In this document: piece by piece, positions 17,884-30,000 of the stretch
How positions within the stretch are numbered: the stretch's first letter is position 1
Layout of the letters: every line of letters begins with the position of its first letter
Assembly: GCA_038874655.1 (NCBI GenBank)
Contig: JAVZBY010000003.1
Span: 125,200 to 189,199 of the forward strand
Origin: Candidatus Woesearchaeota archaeon
GTDB lineage: Archaea; Nanobdellota; Nanobdellia; Woesearchaeales; GW2011-AR15
Reading direction: 5' to 3'
DNA: 64,000 bases
The notes under the pieces: model-generated
Seen by the model: only the letters and a program-made list of their open reading frames with translations
The model's database searches: none
Told to the model about the DNA's origin: nothing
Program-made: the position numbers and the translations under genes

Positions 17884-20800
17884 ATGAAAAAAAAGATGAT
17901 AAAAAAGAGGTTATATTTTTTCTTAATTCTTGTATCATTTTTTTTATTTTTCTTTATTAATACTATACAATTTTCAAACTCACAAAGTTTAAATTATGAG
18001 AAAATCGGCAGATCTTATTTTAATTCTCCAAATTGCTATATCTATGAAGATAACTCTTTAAAAGATGGCGGCTGCTTATGCTATGAAAATAAAATAATGG
18101 GAACTGGTAATGAAGAGGATGGTTTATACTCAACATGTAAATCTAGTAACATGGATATTACTCAAATAGAAACTTCTTCAAATGAATGTTCTAAAAATTG
18201 TGTTTCTGATCAATACTATATAAGACTTTGCGAATTTGATGGCAAAAACTTCAATTGTAAAATCTTAGAAAAATTAACAGATTTTCCTTCAATAAAAGAA
18301 ATAGAACCAATCCTTGATGAAAATGGAAATAAAAAATGCTCTACTGATTTTTATAGAAATCCTGGGGAAAATAATTGCTATAAATACTATTTAGACCCAG
18401 AGAAAGAATTATGCGAATTACAAGAAACTAGTGAATTAGAAAAGTGTAATTGTTTAGATGTTAATACTGTAAATTGTGGTTTTGATGAATTATTAAAATA
18501 TTGTTGCAAAAAAGAAGAATTCAAAAATGACCCTAGATGTAATTGTAATATATTAAGTATTGAAATCAAAGGTAATGAAATTACTTGTCAAGAAAGTTAT
18601 AAAAGGCCTAAAAAAAATTCATTAAACTGTGAAAAATTAACAAAAAAAGATAATTCATGCGTATATTTAGATGTAAATAATAAAGAGTGTTATGATTTTG
18701 AATTAAATAACCCTAATAAAAGAAATGGCGATTTAAATTGCTTATCTGATCAATTATACCAACTTTATAATGAAGAATGTAAAAATTGTGAAAGCAAATT
18801 TATATATGATGTTGAAGAACATAAATGTTATTATAAATCACCTGAAACATTTTGTACAGAAAAAGAAGTTTATATATGCAATTGTATAGATTTACTAAAA
18901 GAAAATGAAAAAACCTGTGATAATCCTTTTTATCAAATCTGCAATTTAGAATGTAAAAATAATGAGCAAAAAAGATGTACAAAAGGTTATTATAGAGATT
19001 CATTTAATTCTGATAAATGTTTTATTCAAAAATTAGAAAACAATATTTGCATAGAAACTCAAGTAGATCCATTAAATTGTTTAGGAATTGATGGTTCTAA
19101 TTCATGTGTTAATGATAAAATAAAACAAATGACTGACGATTGCAATAAAAATTGCTCTGGAATAACTTATTTAAGATCAAAACATAATTCTAATGATTGT
19201 TTTGTTAAATCTCCTGATACAGATTGTGAAAAAAAAGAAACTGATTTAGAAAATTGTTTAGGTATAATGGGATCTAATAATTGTGAAAGTGATCCTATTT
19301 ATAATAGGTATGGTAATTGTGAAAGACAAGATTCTGACAATGATGGCATAGATGATAAATTTGAAAAAAAAGAATGTTTAAACACAAAAAATAACGAGCC
19401 TGTAAATAATGATGGCTGTTCTTGTTCTCAAATTAATTGTGATGATAATAATCCCTGTACTGATGATTATTGCGAAAATGGTAGATGCATATACAAGTAT
19501 AACAATAACCCTTGTGGAGAATTTAGAAAATGTCCCTCCAGTCAATGTGAAAGCAAATATCCTTATGAAAGATGGATTGAATATCCAGAAAGTGGAAAAG
19601 ATTATTGCTCAGAAGGTAAATGCTTAACTTATAGCTGTGAAATAAAAAGCATAAAATACTCTAAATATTGTGATCCTGACGATGATGATGACAATGATCC
19701 AGATATAACTGATCCATATCCTGAAGATCCTTCTAGAAACACAGAATCAGAAAAAGAAAAACAAATAATTTGTGAAAAAAATGCCCCAAACTGTGAATTA
19801 AATCTTGGGATTTGTAAAGATTCTAAAAAACAATGTATAAATAATGAATGGCTAACTTGTGACAAAAACAATTATGGCGAAAATTATGTGCTTGAAGAAG
19901 ATAATAATCTTTGCGACGGATTAGATAATGATTGTGATGGCACAATTGATGAGAATTGTGAATGTATAAACAATGAAATAAAAGAATGTGGCATAAATAT
20001 TGGAATTTGTAAAAAAGGCATACAAAAATGTATTAATGGCAAATGGAGCACTTGTGAAAATGCTATATTTCCAAAAAATGAAACATGTAATAATTTAGAT
20101 GATGATTGTGATGGTTTAACTGATGAAGATATTTACAATTCTGGTGATTACACCTTAAAAGAAGAATGCTTCATAAACCTATGTAAAGGTGTAAAAAAAT
20201 GCAATTCTAATTGTGAATTATTTGAAGATAACGATAAAGATAATTATTGTACTACAATAGATAATTGCCCTGAAATTTCAAACACAGATCAGATAGATAG
20301 TGATGGTGATTTTATTGGTGATGCTTGTGATGTTTGTCCATTTGATCCTTTAAATGACATTGATAATGATGGTATTTGTAGTAATACAGATAATTGTCCA
20401 ACTCTTTATAACCAAAATCAACAAGATTCTGATAATGATAACATTGGTGATGCTTGTGATGTTTGTCCAAATGACCAATTAAATGATATTGATAACGATG
20501 GTATTTGCAGTAATACAGATAATTGTCCTTTAAAATACAATCCTGAACAAATGGATTGTGATAATAACGGTATTGGTGATATTTGTGATTTAAACTCTCT
20601 TTGTGTTATTGATAGTGATAATGACGGAATAAAAGATAATAAAGATAATTGTCCTTATATATCAAATTCAGAACAAACAGATTCTGATAAAGATAATATC
20701 GGTGATGCTTGTGATGTTTGTCCATTTGATTCTTTAAATGATATTGATAAAGATGGTGTTTGTGGGAACATTGATAATTGTCCAAACATATATAACCCCA

Positions 20801-22671
20801 ATCAACAAGATTCTGATAAAGATAATATCGGTGATGCTTGTGATGTTTGTCCATTTGATTCTTTAAATGATATTGATAATGATGGTATTTGTGGGAATAT
20901 TGATAATTGCCCTTATAGATTTAATCCTCAACAAAATGACTGCAATAAAAATGATATTGGTGATGCTTGCGATACTAATTCAGAATGCTCAATTGACTCT
21001 GATAAAGATGGAATTTTAGATGTTTACGATAATTGTCCCAATATATATAATCCCGAACAAAAAGATGATGATAAAGATGGAATTGGAAATGAATGCGATT
21101 TATTTAAAAATGATTTCTTTAATGATAAAGATAAAGACGGAATCTCTACTGAGATTGATAATTGTCCTTTTAATTATAATCCTGATCAAAAAGATTCAGA
21201 TAATGATAAAAAAGGAGATGCTTGCGATATTTGTCCTTATGACCCATTAAACGATATTGATAGTGATGGTATATGTCATAATATACTAAATAATATATCT
21301 CTTGACAATTGTCCTTTTAAATATAATCCTGAACAATTAGATTGTGATAAAAATGGAATTGGTGATGCTTGTGATTTAAACTCTAAATGTATAGGTGATA
21401 TAGATTTAGATAATATATTAGACACAAAAGATAATTGTCCTTTTAATTATAATCCTGATCAATTAGACCAAGATGGTGATGGTATAGGTGATATTTGTGA
21501 TATTTGTAAAAAAGATGCCTTTAATGATTTAGATAAAGATGGTGTTTGTGGAAATATCGATAATTGTCCAAATATATATAACCCAAATCAACAAGATTCT
21601 GATAATGATAACATTGGTGATGCTTGTGATATTTGCCCTTACGATCCATTCAATGATATTGACAAAGATTTAATATGTGGTAATTTAGATAATTGCTTAG
21701 AAACAAATAATCCTAAACAATTAGATTGCGATAAAAATGGAATTGGTGATGCTTGTGATTTAAACTCAAATTGCGTTAAAGATTATGATAATGACAACAT
21801 ACTAGATTATTATGATAATTGTCCTGAAAGTTATAATCCAAATCAATTAGACTCTGATAAAGATAATATTGGTGATGCTTGTGATGTTTGTCCATTTGAT
21901 CCTTTAAATGACATTGATAATGATGGTATTTGTAGTAATACAGATAATTGTCCAACTCTTTATAACCCAAATCAACAAGATTCTGATAATGATAATATTG
22001 GTGATATCTGTGATCTTTGCCCAAATGATGAAAATAATGATATTGATGAAGATACAATTTGTGGCAACTTAGATAATTGCCCTTTTATAAAAAATCCTGG
22101 TCAAGAGCTTTGTGATTCTATAAACACTCAACAAATTATATTTGACAACAAATTAAAAATAAGATTAGATAACCTTTCAAGTTTAACAAAAAAAGGTGTA
22201 TTCCTAAACATATCAAAAAATGAAGAGGAAAAATTAAAAAAATTAAAAGAAAACATAGAAATTGAAACAAAAGAATATTATATAGATAATAAAAAATTTA
22301 CCAAATATAAAATAACAATTGACTCAAAAAATTTAAATAATTTATATTACTATCAAAATATTCCAAAATGCTTAGCTGAGAAAGCAGAAAATCTATATTT
22401 TAATGGAAAGAATTATCGTATCATTGAAAATGATCCTCTAATTGCATGGCAATATTCTAACACTCTAGATAAAGTTGAAATTACCTATGACATTGAAGGA
22501 AGTATCTCTAAAGAATGTTTAGCACAATTAAAAGATTATATTTATTCTTCAACAATTAAAAATGAAAACAAAAAAAATATTTTATACATAATAATACCTT
22601 TAATTTTAATTCCTTTAATAATTTTCATAGTTATTCTATTAGAAAAAATGCAAAAAACAGATAATAACTAA
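17884..22671 (+). CDS. Giant Cys-rich cell-surface protein with many thrombospondin type-3 repeats and a C-terminal TM anchor
   Basis: Signal peptide; DNCP...NPxQxDSDxDxIGDACD repeats; CDGLDNDCDG metal-binding motifs; C-terminal ILYIIIPLILIPLIIFIVILL. Confidence 0.9.
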   Translation: MKKKMIKKRLYFFLILVSFFLFFFINTIQFSNSQSLNYEKIGRSYFNSPNCYIYEDNSLKDGGCLCYENKIMGTGNEEDGLYSTCKSSNMDITQIETSSNECSKNCVSDQYYIRLCEFDGKNFNCKILEKLTDFPSIKEIEPILDENGNKKCSTDFYRNPGENNCYKYYLDPEKELCELQETSELEKCNCLDVNTVNCGFDELLKYCCKKEEFKNDPRCNCNILSIEIKGNEITCQESYKRPKKNSLNCEKLTKKDNSCVYLDVNNKECYDFELNNPNKRNGDLNCLSDQLYQLYNEECKNCESKFIYDVEEHKCYYKSPETFCTEKEVYICNCIDLLKENEKTCDNPFYQICNLECKNNEQKRCTKGYYRDSFNSDKCFIQKLENNICIETQVDPLNCLGIDGSNSCVNDKIKQMTDDCNKNCSGITYLRSKHNSNDCFVKSPDTDCEKKETDLENCLGIMGSNNCESDPIYNRYGNCERQDSDNDGIDDKFEKKECLNTKNNEPVNNDGCSCSQINCDDNNPCTDDYCENGRCIYKYNNNPCGEFRKCPSSQCESKYPYERWIEYPESGKDYCSEGKCLTYSCEIKSIKYSKYCDPDDDDDNDPDITDPYPEDPSRNTESEKEKQIICEKNAPNCELNLGICKDSKKQCINNEWLTCDKNNYGENYVLEEDNNLCDGLDNDCDGTIDENCECINNEIKECGINIGICKKGIQKCINGKWSTCENAIFPKNETCNNLDDDCDGLTDEDIYNSGDYTLKEECFINLCKGVKKCNSNCELFEDNDKDNYCTTIDNCPEISNTDQIDSDGDFIGDACDVCPFDPLNDIDNDGICSNTDNCPTLYNQNQQDSDNDNIGDACDVCPNDQLNDIDNDGICSNTDNCPLKYNPEQMDCDNNGIGDICDLNSLCVIDSDNDGIKDNKDNCPYISNSEQTDSDKDNIGDACDVCPFDSLNDIDKDGVCGNIDNCPNIYNPNQQDSDKDNIGDACDVCPFDSLNDIDNDGICGNIDNCPYRFNPQQNDCNKNDIGDACDTNSECSIDSDKDGILDVYDNCPNIYNPEQKDDDKDGIGNECDLFKNDFFNDKDKDGISTEIDNCPFNYNPDQKDSDNDKKGDACDICPYDPLNDIDSDGICHNILNNISLDNCPFKYNPEQLDCDKNGIGDACDLNSKCIGDIDLDNILDTKDNCPFNYNPDQLDQDGDGIGDICDICKKDAFNDLDKDGVCGNIDNCPNIYNPNQQDSDNDNIGDACDICPYDPFNDIDKDLICGNLDNCLETNNPKQLDCDKNGIGDACDLNSNCVKDYDNDNILDYYDNCPESYNPNQLDSDKDNIGDACDVCPFDPLNDIDNDGICSNTDNCPTLYNPNQQDSDNDNIGDICDLCPNDENNDIDEDTICGNLDNCPFIKNPGQELCDSINTQQIIFDNKLKIRLDNLSSLTKKGVFLNISKNEEEKLKKLKENIEIETKEYYIDNKKFTKYKITIDSKNLNNLYYYQNIPKCLAEKAENLYFNGKNYRIIENDPLIAWQYSNTLDKVEITYDIEGSISKECLAQLKDYIYSSTIKNENKKNILYIIIPLILIPLIIFIVILLEKMQKTDNN
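20257..22110 (+). repeat. Intragenic thrombospondin type-3 tandem repeat tract (about 129-bp/43-aa units)
   Basis: Exact DNA copies at 20314-20413 = 21868-21967 and 20680-20750 = 20809-20879. Confidence 0.85.
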
Positions 22672-22709
22672 AAACATTAATTAAAATAATTTCTCTGAAT
22701 GATTAATTA

Positions 22710-25196
22710 TTAATCAATAGAAACTCTAAGATTTTCACTTATAATTATATCTCCTTTTCCAAAATCAATATTCTTTGCATAACAAACTGCTTGAATATCC
22801 TCCAAAACTAACTCTAATTTTTTTCTTAAATCCTCTTTACAATCAATTATCAAAGAAATTTCATCTTTTAATGACATTCTTTTTGAGGATTTATATTTTC
22901 TTACTTCGCTTAATATTAAAACAACAAGGTCTCCAATAAGCTCTGACTCTTGATTAATAAAGTTTTCATTAAATTCTGGCCATTTTGTTAAATGAATGCT
23001 TAATTTTTCTTTACTATTATTTTGTCTATTACTAAAATATTGATGATATATCTCTTCTGTTATAAAAGGCATTATAGGCGCAATTAATTTTAATATTGTT
23101 AACAAAGATTCATAAAGAGTAAATTTAGCCGATTCTAGTTCATATTCTTCATACTTATTTGAATTATACAATCTATCCTTCACTAATTCTAAATAATTAT
23201 CACAAAAAACATTCCAAAAGAAAATTTCAATCTCTTGTTTTGCTTTTGAATATTCATAATTTTCAAAACTTTCTGTACAATTTTTTATAACCTTTTGTAA
23301 TTTTGAGAGAAGCCATTTATCAATCTCGTTTAAATTATCATAAACTATCTTTATTTTTTTAATATCAAAATCCTTTAAATGCATTATAACAAATTTACTT
23401 GCATTCCACAACTTTGTAATCATTTTCTTTCCTGTTATTAAATCTTTTTCTTGGAAAGGCAAATCATCTCCTAATTTTGAACCAGCAGCCCAAAATCTTA
23501 AAGCATCTGCACTATATTTTTCAATCATTTCTTGAGGTGCTATAACATTACCCTTGCTTTTAGACATTTTTTTTCCATGTGGATCTAACGCCCAACCAGA
23601 AATCATTACATTTTTCCATGGATTTTTATTATAGTGCAATTGACTTTTAACTAAGGTATTAAACAACCAAAATGTTATAATATCATGTGCTTGTGGTCTT
23701 AAATCCATTGGAAATAATTTTTCATAATTTTTAGTTCCTTTAACTAATTCAATTGCTAAAATTGGTGTCAATGATGAAGTTGCCCATGTATCCAATACAT
23801 CTTTTTCTGGAACAAACTCATTAGAATTACATTTTGGACATTCTTTTATTGGACAATCTGTCTCAATTGGATCTACAGGCAACATAGATTCATCTGCAAC
23901 AACTTCATAATCACACTTTTTACAATACCACACTGGAAAAGGAACTCCAAAAAATCTTTGCCTAGAAATACACCAATCCCATTGTAAACCATCAATCCAA
24001 TTAATTAATCTTGACTTCATAAAATCAGGATACCATTTTAATTTCAAGCCATCTTTTTTAAACTCATCTTTTAAATCCAAATATTTAATAAACCATTGTT
24101 TTGTATTTAAAATTTCAATTGGCGTGCCACATCTCTCATGAACATTAACATTATGCTTTATTTGCTTTTGATTTACTAGTAATGCCTTTTCTTTTAAATC
24201 TTTAATAATTTCTTTTCTTGCTTCTGTTATGTTTAAACCTTGATACTTTCCTGACAATTCAGTCATTTTTCCGTCTTTGGTTATAGAAATTCTTAAAGGT
24301 AAATTATATGCTTTAAACCATTCAATATCTGTTTGATCTCCAAATGTACAACACATAACACAACCAGTTCCTTTTTCCATATTAACTCTTTCATCACTAA
24401 GAATTTGAACAACATGTTCAAATATTGGAACTTTTGCCTTTTTTCCAACATATTTCTTATATCTCTTATCATCTGGATGCACAAAAACAGCAACACAACT
24501 ACTTAATAATTCAGGTCTTGTAGTTGCTATAATTAAATCTTCAACTTCATTAAAGTTTTCATCAACAATCTTAAAAATAATATCATTAAAAGTGCTATCT
24601 AATTCTTTATCTTCTAATTCCACTTGTGCAATTGCTGTCTGACACTCTGGACACCATATTGTAGGACTTTCTTTTCTATACTCTCTACCTTTTTTATATA
24701 ATTCAACAAACGACTTTTGACTTATTTTTCTACAATGACCATTTATAGTTGAATAAAACAAACTAAAATCACAACTCATGCCTATATTTTTCCAATCTTG
24801 CACAAAATCAGGTCTTATTTCATTTAAGGTTTCTAAACACAAATTTATAAAATCACTTCTTTTCATTTTGACTGCTTTAACATTCTTGATTTTCTCAATT
24901 AATCTCTCTGTAGCTAAACCATTATCATCAGTTCCAAATGGATAAAACACATTTTTTCCTTTCATTCTTTGATATCTTGCAATAAAATCTTGCTGTGAAT
25001 AAGAAAAAGCATGTCCTAAATGCATTTTTCCAGAAACAGTAGGTGGTGGCGTATCAATAACAAATAACTCTCTTGTATCATCATTAGCATCAAATCCATA
25101 GATTTTATTTTCTTCCCAGTATTTTTGCCATTTTTTTTCAGCTTCTTTTGGCTCATATGAATTTTTACTTTCTTGACTTTGTTCCATAATAATCAT
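22710..25196 (-). CDS. valS: Valine--tRNA ligase (archaeal type)
   Basis: IDTPPPTVSGKMHLGH, DWCISRQRFFG, KMSKSKGN. Confidence 0.97.
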   Translation of the reverse strand: MIIMEQSQESKNSYEPKEAEKKWQKYWEENKIYGFDANDDTRELFVIDTPPPTVSGKMHLGHAFSYSQQDFIARYQRMKGKNVFYPFGTDDNGLATERLIEKIKNVKAVKMKRSDFINLCLETLNEIRPDFVQDWKNIGMSCDFSLFYSTINGHCRKISQKSFVELYKKGREYRKESPTIWCPECQTAIAQVELEDKELDSTFNDIIFKIVDENFNEVEDLIIATTRPELLSSCVAVFVHPDDKRYKKYVGKKAKVPIFEHVVQILSDERVNMEKGTGCVMCCTFGDQTDIEWFKAYNLPLRISITKDGKMTELSGKYQGLNITEARKEIIKDLKEKALLVNQKQIKHNVNVHERCGTPIEILNTKQWFIKYLDLKDEFKKDGLKLKWYPDFMKSRLINWIDGLQWDWCISRQRFFGVPFPVWYCKKCDYEVVADESMLPVDPIETDCPIKECPKCNSNEFVPEKDVLDTWATSSLTPILAIELVKGTKNYEKLFPMDLRPQAHDIITFWLFNTLVKSQLHYNKNPWKNVMISGWALDPHGKKMSKSKGNVIAPQEMIEKYSADALRFWAAGSKLGDDLPFQEKDLITGKKMITKLWNASKFVIMHLKDFDIKKIKIVYDNLNEIDKWLLSKLQKVIKNCTESFENYEYSKAKQEIEIFFWNVFCDNYLELVKDRLYNSNKYEEYELESAKFTLYESLLTILKLIAPIMPFITEEIYHQYFSNRQNNSKEKLSIHLTKWPEFNENFINQESELIGDLVVLILSEVRKYKSSKRMSLKDEISLIIDCKEDLRKKLELVLEDIQAVCYAKNIDFGKGDIIISENLRVSID

Positions 25197-25286
25197 CCTT
25201 TATAAATAAAATTATTTATTATGATTATAAAATTATTTAAAAAAATAAAATAAAATTTATTAAAAAACTTTCTTTTTTTTATAAAA

Positions 25287-25850
25287 ATGAAATCTAATTT
25301 AGAAAAAATTTTTAAAAGAGTAAAAGAAAAAAAAACCTTTTTTCTTATATTAATCATAATATTACTAATTTTTTTTATCTACTTAAATTTAATCAAACAA
25401 ATACTCTTTTCTGCAATAATAATAGCAATAGCCTCAATAACAAAAATATACCATAAATTTATAAAAACAACATTAAGCATTGACTTAATCTTTTTTTCTA
25501 CACTATTAATATGTTTCGCCTACAAAAATTTTATTTTAAGCATAACTTTTTCTTTAATTGGATTAATAATTGCAGATTATTTAGCCCAAAAATTAAACCA
25601 AAACACATTAATAAGTGCCTTTACACTTATTTTAACAATATTATTTTTTAATCTTTTAAATAGTTTAAAAATTGATATTATAATTATTGCTATATTTTTA
25701 ATGCTATTATATGAGATTTTAGCCTCGTTTTTATACAATCTAATTGGAAGTTCAAAGGATAAAATAGTATTATTTTTTATCTCACACTTTTTAACAAATT
25801 TATTTCTTATTTTAAATTATTTAAAACAAATCTTAGAATTAATCTCTTAA
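25287..25850 (+). CDS. Hypothetical multi-pass membrane protein
   Basis: About 6 hydrophobic segments. Confidence 0.65.
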   Translation: MKSNLEKIFKRVKEKKTFFLILIIILLIFFIYLNLIKQILFSAIIIAIASITKIYHKFIKTTLSIDLIFFSTLLICFAYKNFILSITFSLIGLIIADYLAQKLNQNTLISAFTLILTILFFNLLNSLKIDIIIIAIFLMLLYEILASFLYNLIGSSKDKIVLFFISHFLTNLFLILNYLKQILELIS

Positions 25851-25899
25851 TAATATAAAATAAAGACCTAAAAAATAAGAAATTAAAATTTTTAAAAAT

Positions 25900-26982
25900 C
25901 TAAGGATTTACTTTAACCTCTACATTTACTCCTTTTTCTGTTTGAACAACTACCTTAGGTTTATCCTGATTATCATTTTTATTATTAGTCTCTTCTTTTA
26001 CTTCTTTTTTCTCATTTTGTTGCTTCTTCTTTTTTTTAATACTTTTTTGCTCTTTTTTATTTGAATTTATTTCTTTTTTCTTATTTTTACTATTTTTTTG
26101 TTTTGTTTCTTTTTTTACACTTTTTTGTGTTTTATTATCCTTTACTTTTGTTTCTTTTAATTTTTGTGTACCCTCTTTTTTTAATTGTTTTTCCAACTTA
26201 ACTAGTTCTTTTTCTACATCACTAAAGCTAGATTTTTTATTGCTTTTTTTAGCATTTGTTTTTTTAACTTTTGATTTTTTTGCTTCTTTTTTATTTGATT
26301 TTACTTTTTTCTTCTTTTGAGATTTTCCTGATTTTTTAACTTTTTTATCTGAAGATTCTGTTTTATGGTGTATAATTATTGGTTTTTCAACAACTTTAAC
26401 AACACTCTCTTTTACCTCACTCTCTTTTACATTAGTTTGTTCTTTAAGTTGATTCGCCTCTTTACTTTCTTCATCTTTTTTTGGTTCAGGTATCTTCAAT
26501 TCATCTGTAGAATCTAATAATTTTTTATCTTCTTTATAATAGTCCTTATATTTCATAATATCTTTTAAAACCATATCAACTAGATTATTATCTTTCCATC
26601 CTTTTGATTCTAAATTTTGCTTTATTTGTTCAGAACTATATCCTTTATTCATTGCCCATATAACATAGTTCATTATTTTATATAAATCAGGAGCCAACCT
26701 CTTTAAATATAATGTTTCTGTGTCATCTTCTAATTCTTGTATTTCTTGTTCAAATTTACTTAAATCTGTTGATTCTTCTGTTTCAAATCTTCTAATCTCA
26801 TCTAAATCCTTTTTTTCTTCTTCTGCTAATTTTTCTAATTGCATTAATTCTTCTTGCTCTTCAGTAGTCATTCTTTGTAATTTTTGCAGCTGAACTAAAA
26901 TTATAACAAGCAAGATTAAAAATAATATCACTAACATAAAGAAAATTTCAGGTAAAGGCATATTTACTCCAAATACTAACAT
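25900..26982 (-). CDS. Membrane-anchored coiled-coil protein with a Lys-rich tail
   Basis: N-terminal TM, acidic coiled coil, YV..AMNKGYSSEQIKQNLESKGW helical motif, then K-rich low-complexity sequence; GAGGTGA ribosome-binding site. Confidence 0.75.
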   Translation of the reverse strand: MLVFGVNMPLPEIFFMLVILFLILLVIILVQLQKLQRMTTEEQEELMQLEKLAEEEKKDLDEIRRFETEESTDLSKFEQEIQELEDDTETLYLKRLAPDLYKIMNYVIWAMNKGYSSEQIKQNLESKGWKDNNLVDMVLKDIMKYKDYYKEDKKLLDSTDELKIPEPKKDEESKEANQLKEQTNVKESEVKESVVKVVEKPIIIHHKTESSDKKVKKSGKSQKKKKVKSNKKEAKKSKVKKTNAKKSNKKSSFSDVEKELVKLEKQLKKEGTQKLKETKVKDNKTQKSVKKETKQKNSKNKKKEINSNKKEQKSIKKKKKQQNEKKEVKEETNNKNDNQDKPKVVVQTEKGVNVEVKVNP

Positions 26983-27067
26983 TAACTATCACCTCTTTTA
27001 TAATAAATAAAGTTATCTTTATAAATTTTTATAAAATTTAAAAAAATTAAAATAAAAAAATAAACAA

Positions 27068-30000
27068 CTAAGATTCTAAATCAACACTAGATTCTGCTAC
27101 TTTATTAATGATCCTGAAACTACCTCCTTTGTATAGATAAGCATTTATCTTATAATTAATTCCTTCTCTTACACAATAGGGGTTTGATAGTAAAGGCTCA
27201 ATTACTATACCTTGAATATAAACACTTCTCATATAATCCACAATAACGCTTTTTCCGAATATAGTAGATGGATCATGTATATCTAACTCTATATCTGAAT
27301 AACCTTCATAATCTCTGTTATTTACTATATAATATAAATCATAACATACCATGTTTCCTTTATTGAATCTAGAATCTGGCATTGCTCTTATCTCAAATTC
27401 TGGAATCACAACTTCTAACTCAATATCTTTTTGAGCTAAAAGATCATTATTGTTTTTTATATATAATTTTAATATTGCTTTACTTGAAGTATAATCCTTT
27501 ACTAAAACAACAAAATTAATCTCTTTTTCTTCTCCAGCAGTAATTTTTTTGATAATTAGATTATTATTTTTTACATCTATTTTATTTGGCGCTTCTAAAG
27601 AAATAACTAAATCTTCTAACTCTCTATTTAGATTGTTTTTTAATTTTACTTTTACTAAAACAGAATCTAATACATTAACAACATTTTTAGTATTAATAGT
27701 TATTGTAAATAACTCTTCATTAAGTAGACAGTTTTCATCTACTTGTCCATTACAGTTATCGTCTATATTATTACATAATTCCATTCTTCCTGGATTTATA
27801 TTATAATCATTATCATTACAATCATTACTACCTGAACATGTGCTTAAAATTTTATAATAACCATCATTATCTAAATCTACACAAACAGGTTGTTGATTTT
27901 GTGTTGTTGGTTTATAACATAATTTTGTATTTGAATTGCATAATAATCCACTCTTACAAGAATCTCTTTTTTCATAACAATCTTCGCATGCACAACCCTC
28001 GCCTATTTCACATTCTCCGTTTGGTTGCCCTATACATCCTTTTTTGCCGCCATGATTTTCACATGTTGCATCACAAGTATTATCATTACATAAAACAGTT
28101 CCTTCATCACAATAATAAGTTCTATCTTCTACACACAAAGAAGTGAAATAATTACACTTTGCTCCTAAAACACAACCGTCTCTTAAATCATGACAATCTT
28201 TACAACCACATCCTTCTCCTAATTGACAGAAACCATCTTCAACAATGCAACCTTTAACACCTCCATGATTAGCACATGTTTCATTACAGGTATTATCATT
28301 ACATAAAGTTGTTCCAACAGGACAACCACATAAACCAAAAGAACAAATAGCTCCTTGAACACAACTATCTTGTTTGTTTCTACAATCTTCGCAAGCACAT
28401 CCTTCTCCTATTTCACATTTTCCGTTTCTATTTATACAACCTGCAAAACCACTATCTGTTTCTAGACAATTTCTACTACATGTTCCGTCTTTACATAATG
28501 CTGTTCCAGGCAAACATTGTTTAAATGCATCATTGCAATTACTACCATTCCAAACACAACCAAATTGTGTTAATGATGCCCTACAAGGATCAAAAACACA
28601 TGAAATCTCATTAGTATAGTTTGAACATTTCATATTACTTTTACAATTTTCACAATAATCCCCTAAATTACTTGTTGGGAATAAAGCATCAAAAATAGTG
28701 CTTGTATTTATCCAATAACCCCCACAATCAAATAAACATTTCTCTGCACTACAACCTTCTAAAAAAGGAGGTATTATTGTTTGTTTCCCACAATTTTCTG
28801 GCTTATCACATCCACTTGTACATAAAGGATTAGAATAACTAAATGGATTTGTTATTGGATTAATTTTACGCTGTGTTAAATATACTTTTCTCAAATTAAC
28901 TAAACCTTCAAAATTAACATTGAAATTCATTACTGAATCAGTTTTTATAACTAAACAATCTAAATCATTTTTAACTTTTGATAAGTACAATACTTCTTTA
29001 TTATTATCTCTTAATTGATAACTATCTTGGTTTAAATCAAAATTATTTAATTCTTTAACAAGCATAGATTTTTCTGAATTTATCCTTATAGTAATATTGT
29101 GTTGAATACTATCGTCTGAATAAGTACAAACAAAATAATTACAATTTGAATCCCATATATATACTCCATAACCCTGCAAAAACTCTGGTTCATCAATTAA
29201 ACCATCGCAATCATTATCAACACCATCATTTAATGTACTTTCAAAATTTTCTGTTTTTACACAAGGTAAAGAACATTTTTCATTAAGATAATCACATACT
29301 AATCCCTGTGCACAACTATCTTTTTTATTAGAGCAATCTACACATGCACAACCTTCTCCTTCTTCACATATGCCATTTCTTATATTACAACCCTTTGATG
29401 CTGTATCAGTTTCTTTACAATTTTCACTACATGTCCCCTCTTGGCATAGTGTTGTTCCTAAAGGACATTGACATAAGAAATTAGTATCACAAACAGCACC
29501 TAAAACACATCCATCTTGTTTTCCTAAACAATCTGAACATGCACACCCTTCTCCTTCTACACAATTTCCATCTGGATCACCAATACAACCCATAAAATCT
29601 GTATCTGTTTCTTTACAATCTGAACTACATGTTCCATCTTGACATAAACCTGTTCCTACTGGACAACCTTTTAATTCACAACTACATGTGTTTAAATTAC
29701 ATGTTTTACCTTCACCACAATCTTGATCATTACCACATTGTGCCCCACATTTATTCTTTACACACTTGGGTAAATCATATAAACAGTTACAATCTGCACA
29801 TCCTATTCTTTGTGAAACTTTTTTACTATTTTGTGAACACAAAAATTCATTGCAATTATTGCCAAAAACAGGTCGATTATTTATAACATCACATTCTTCT
29901 ACTGATTCTAGTTTTTCATTACCACATATATTAACATTTTCACCTACACAACTATTACAACTCATAACATCTGCATCTGTTATAGCACCATCACTATTAA

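Noticed and set aside
20314-21967. Repeat pairs as a possible DGR template/variable region
   Set aside because: The copies are exact and intragenic, show no adenine-specific mismatch pattern, and no reverse transcriptase is present in the window.
18387-22057. Several short His/Tyr-rich or Met-rich ORFs inside the TSP3 gene
   Set aside because: Shadow frames produced by GAT/AAT/TGT codon repeats.
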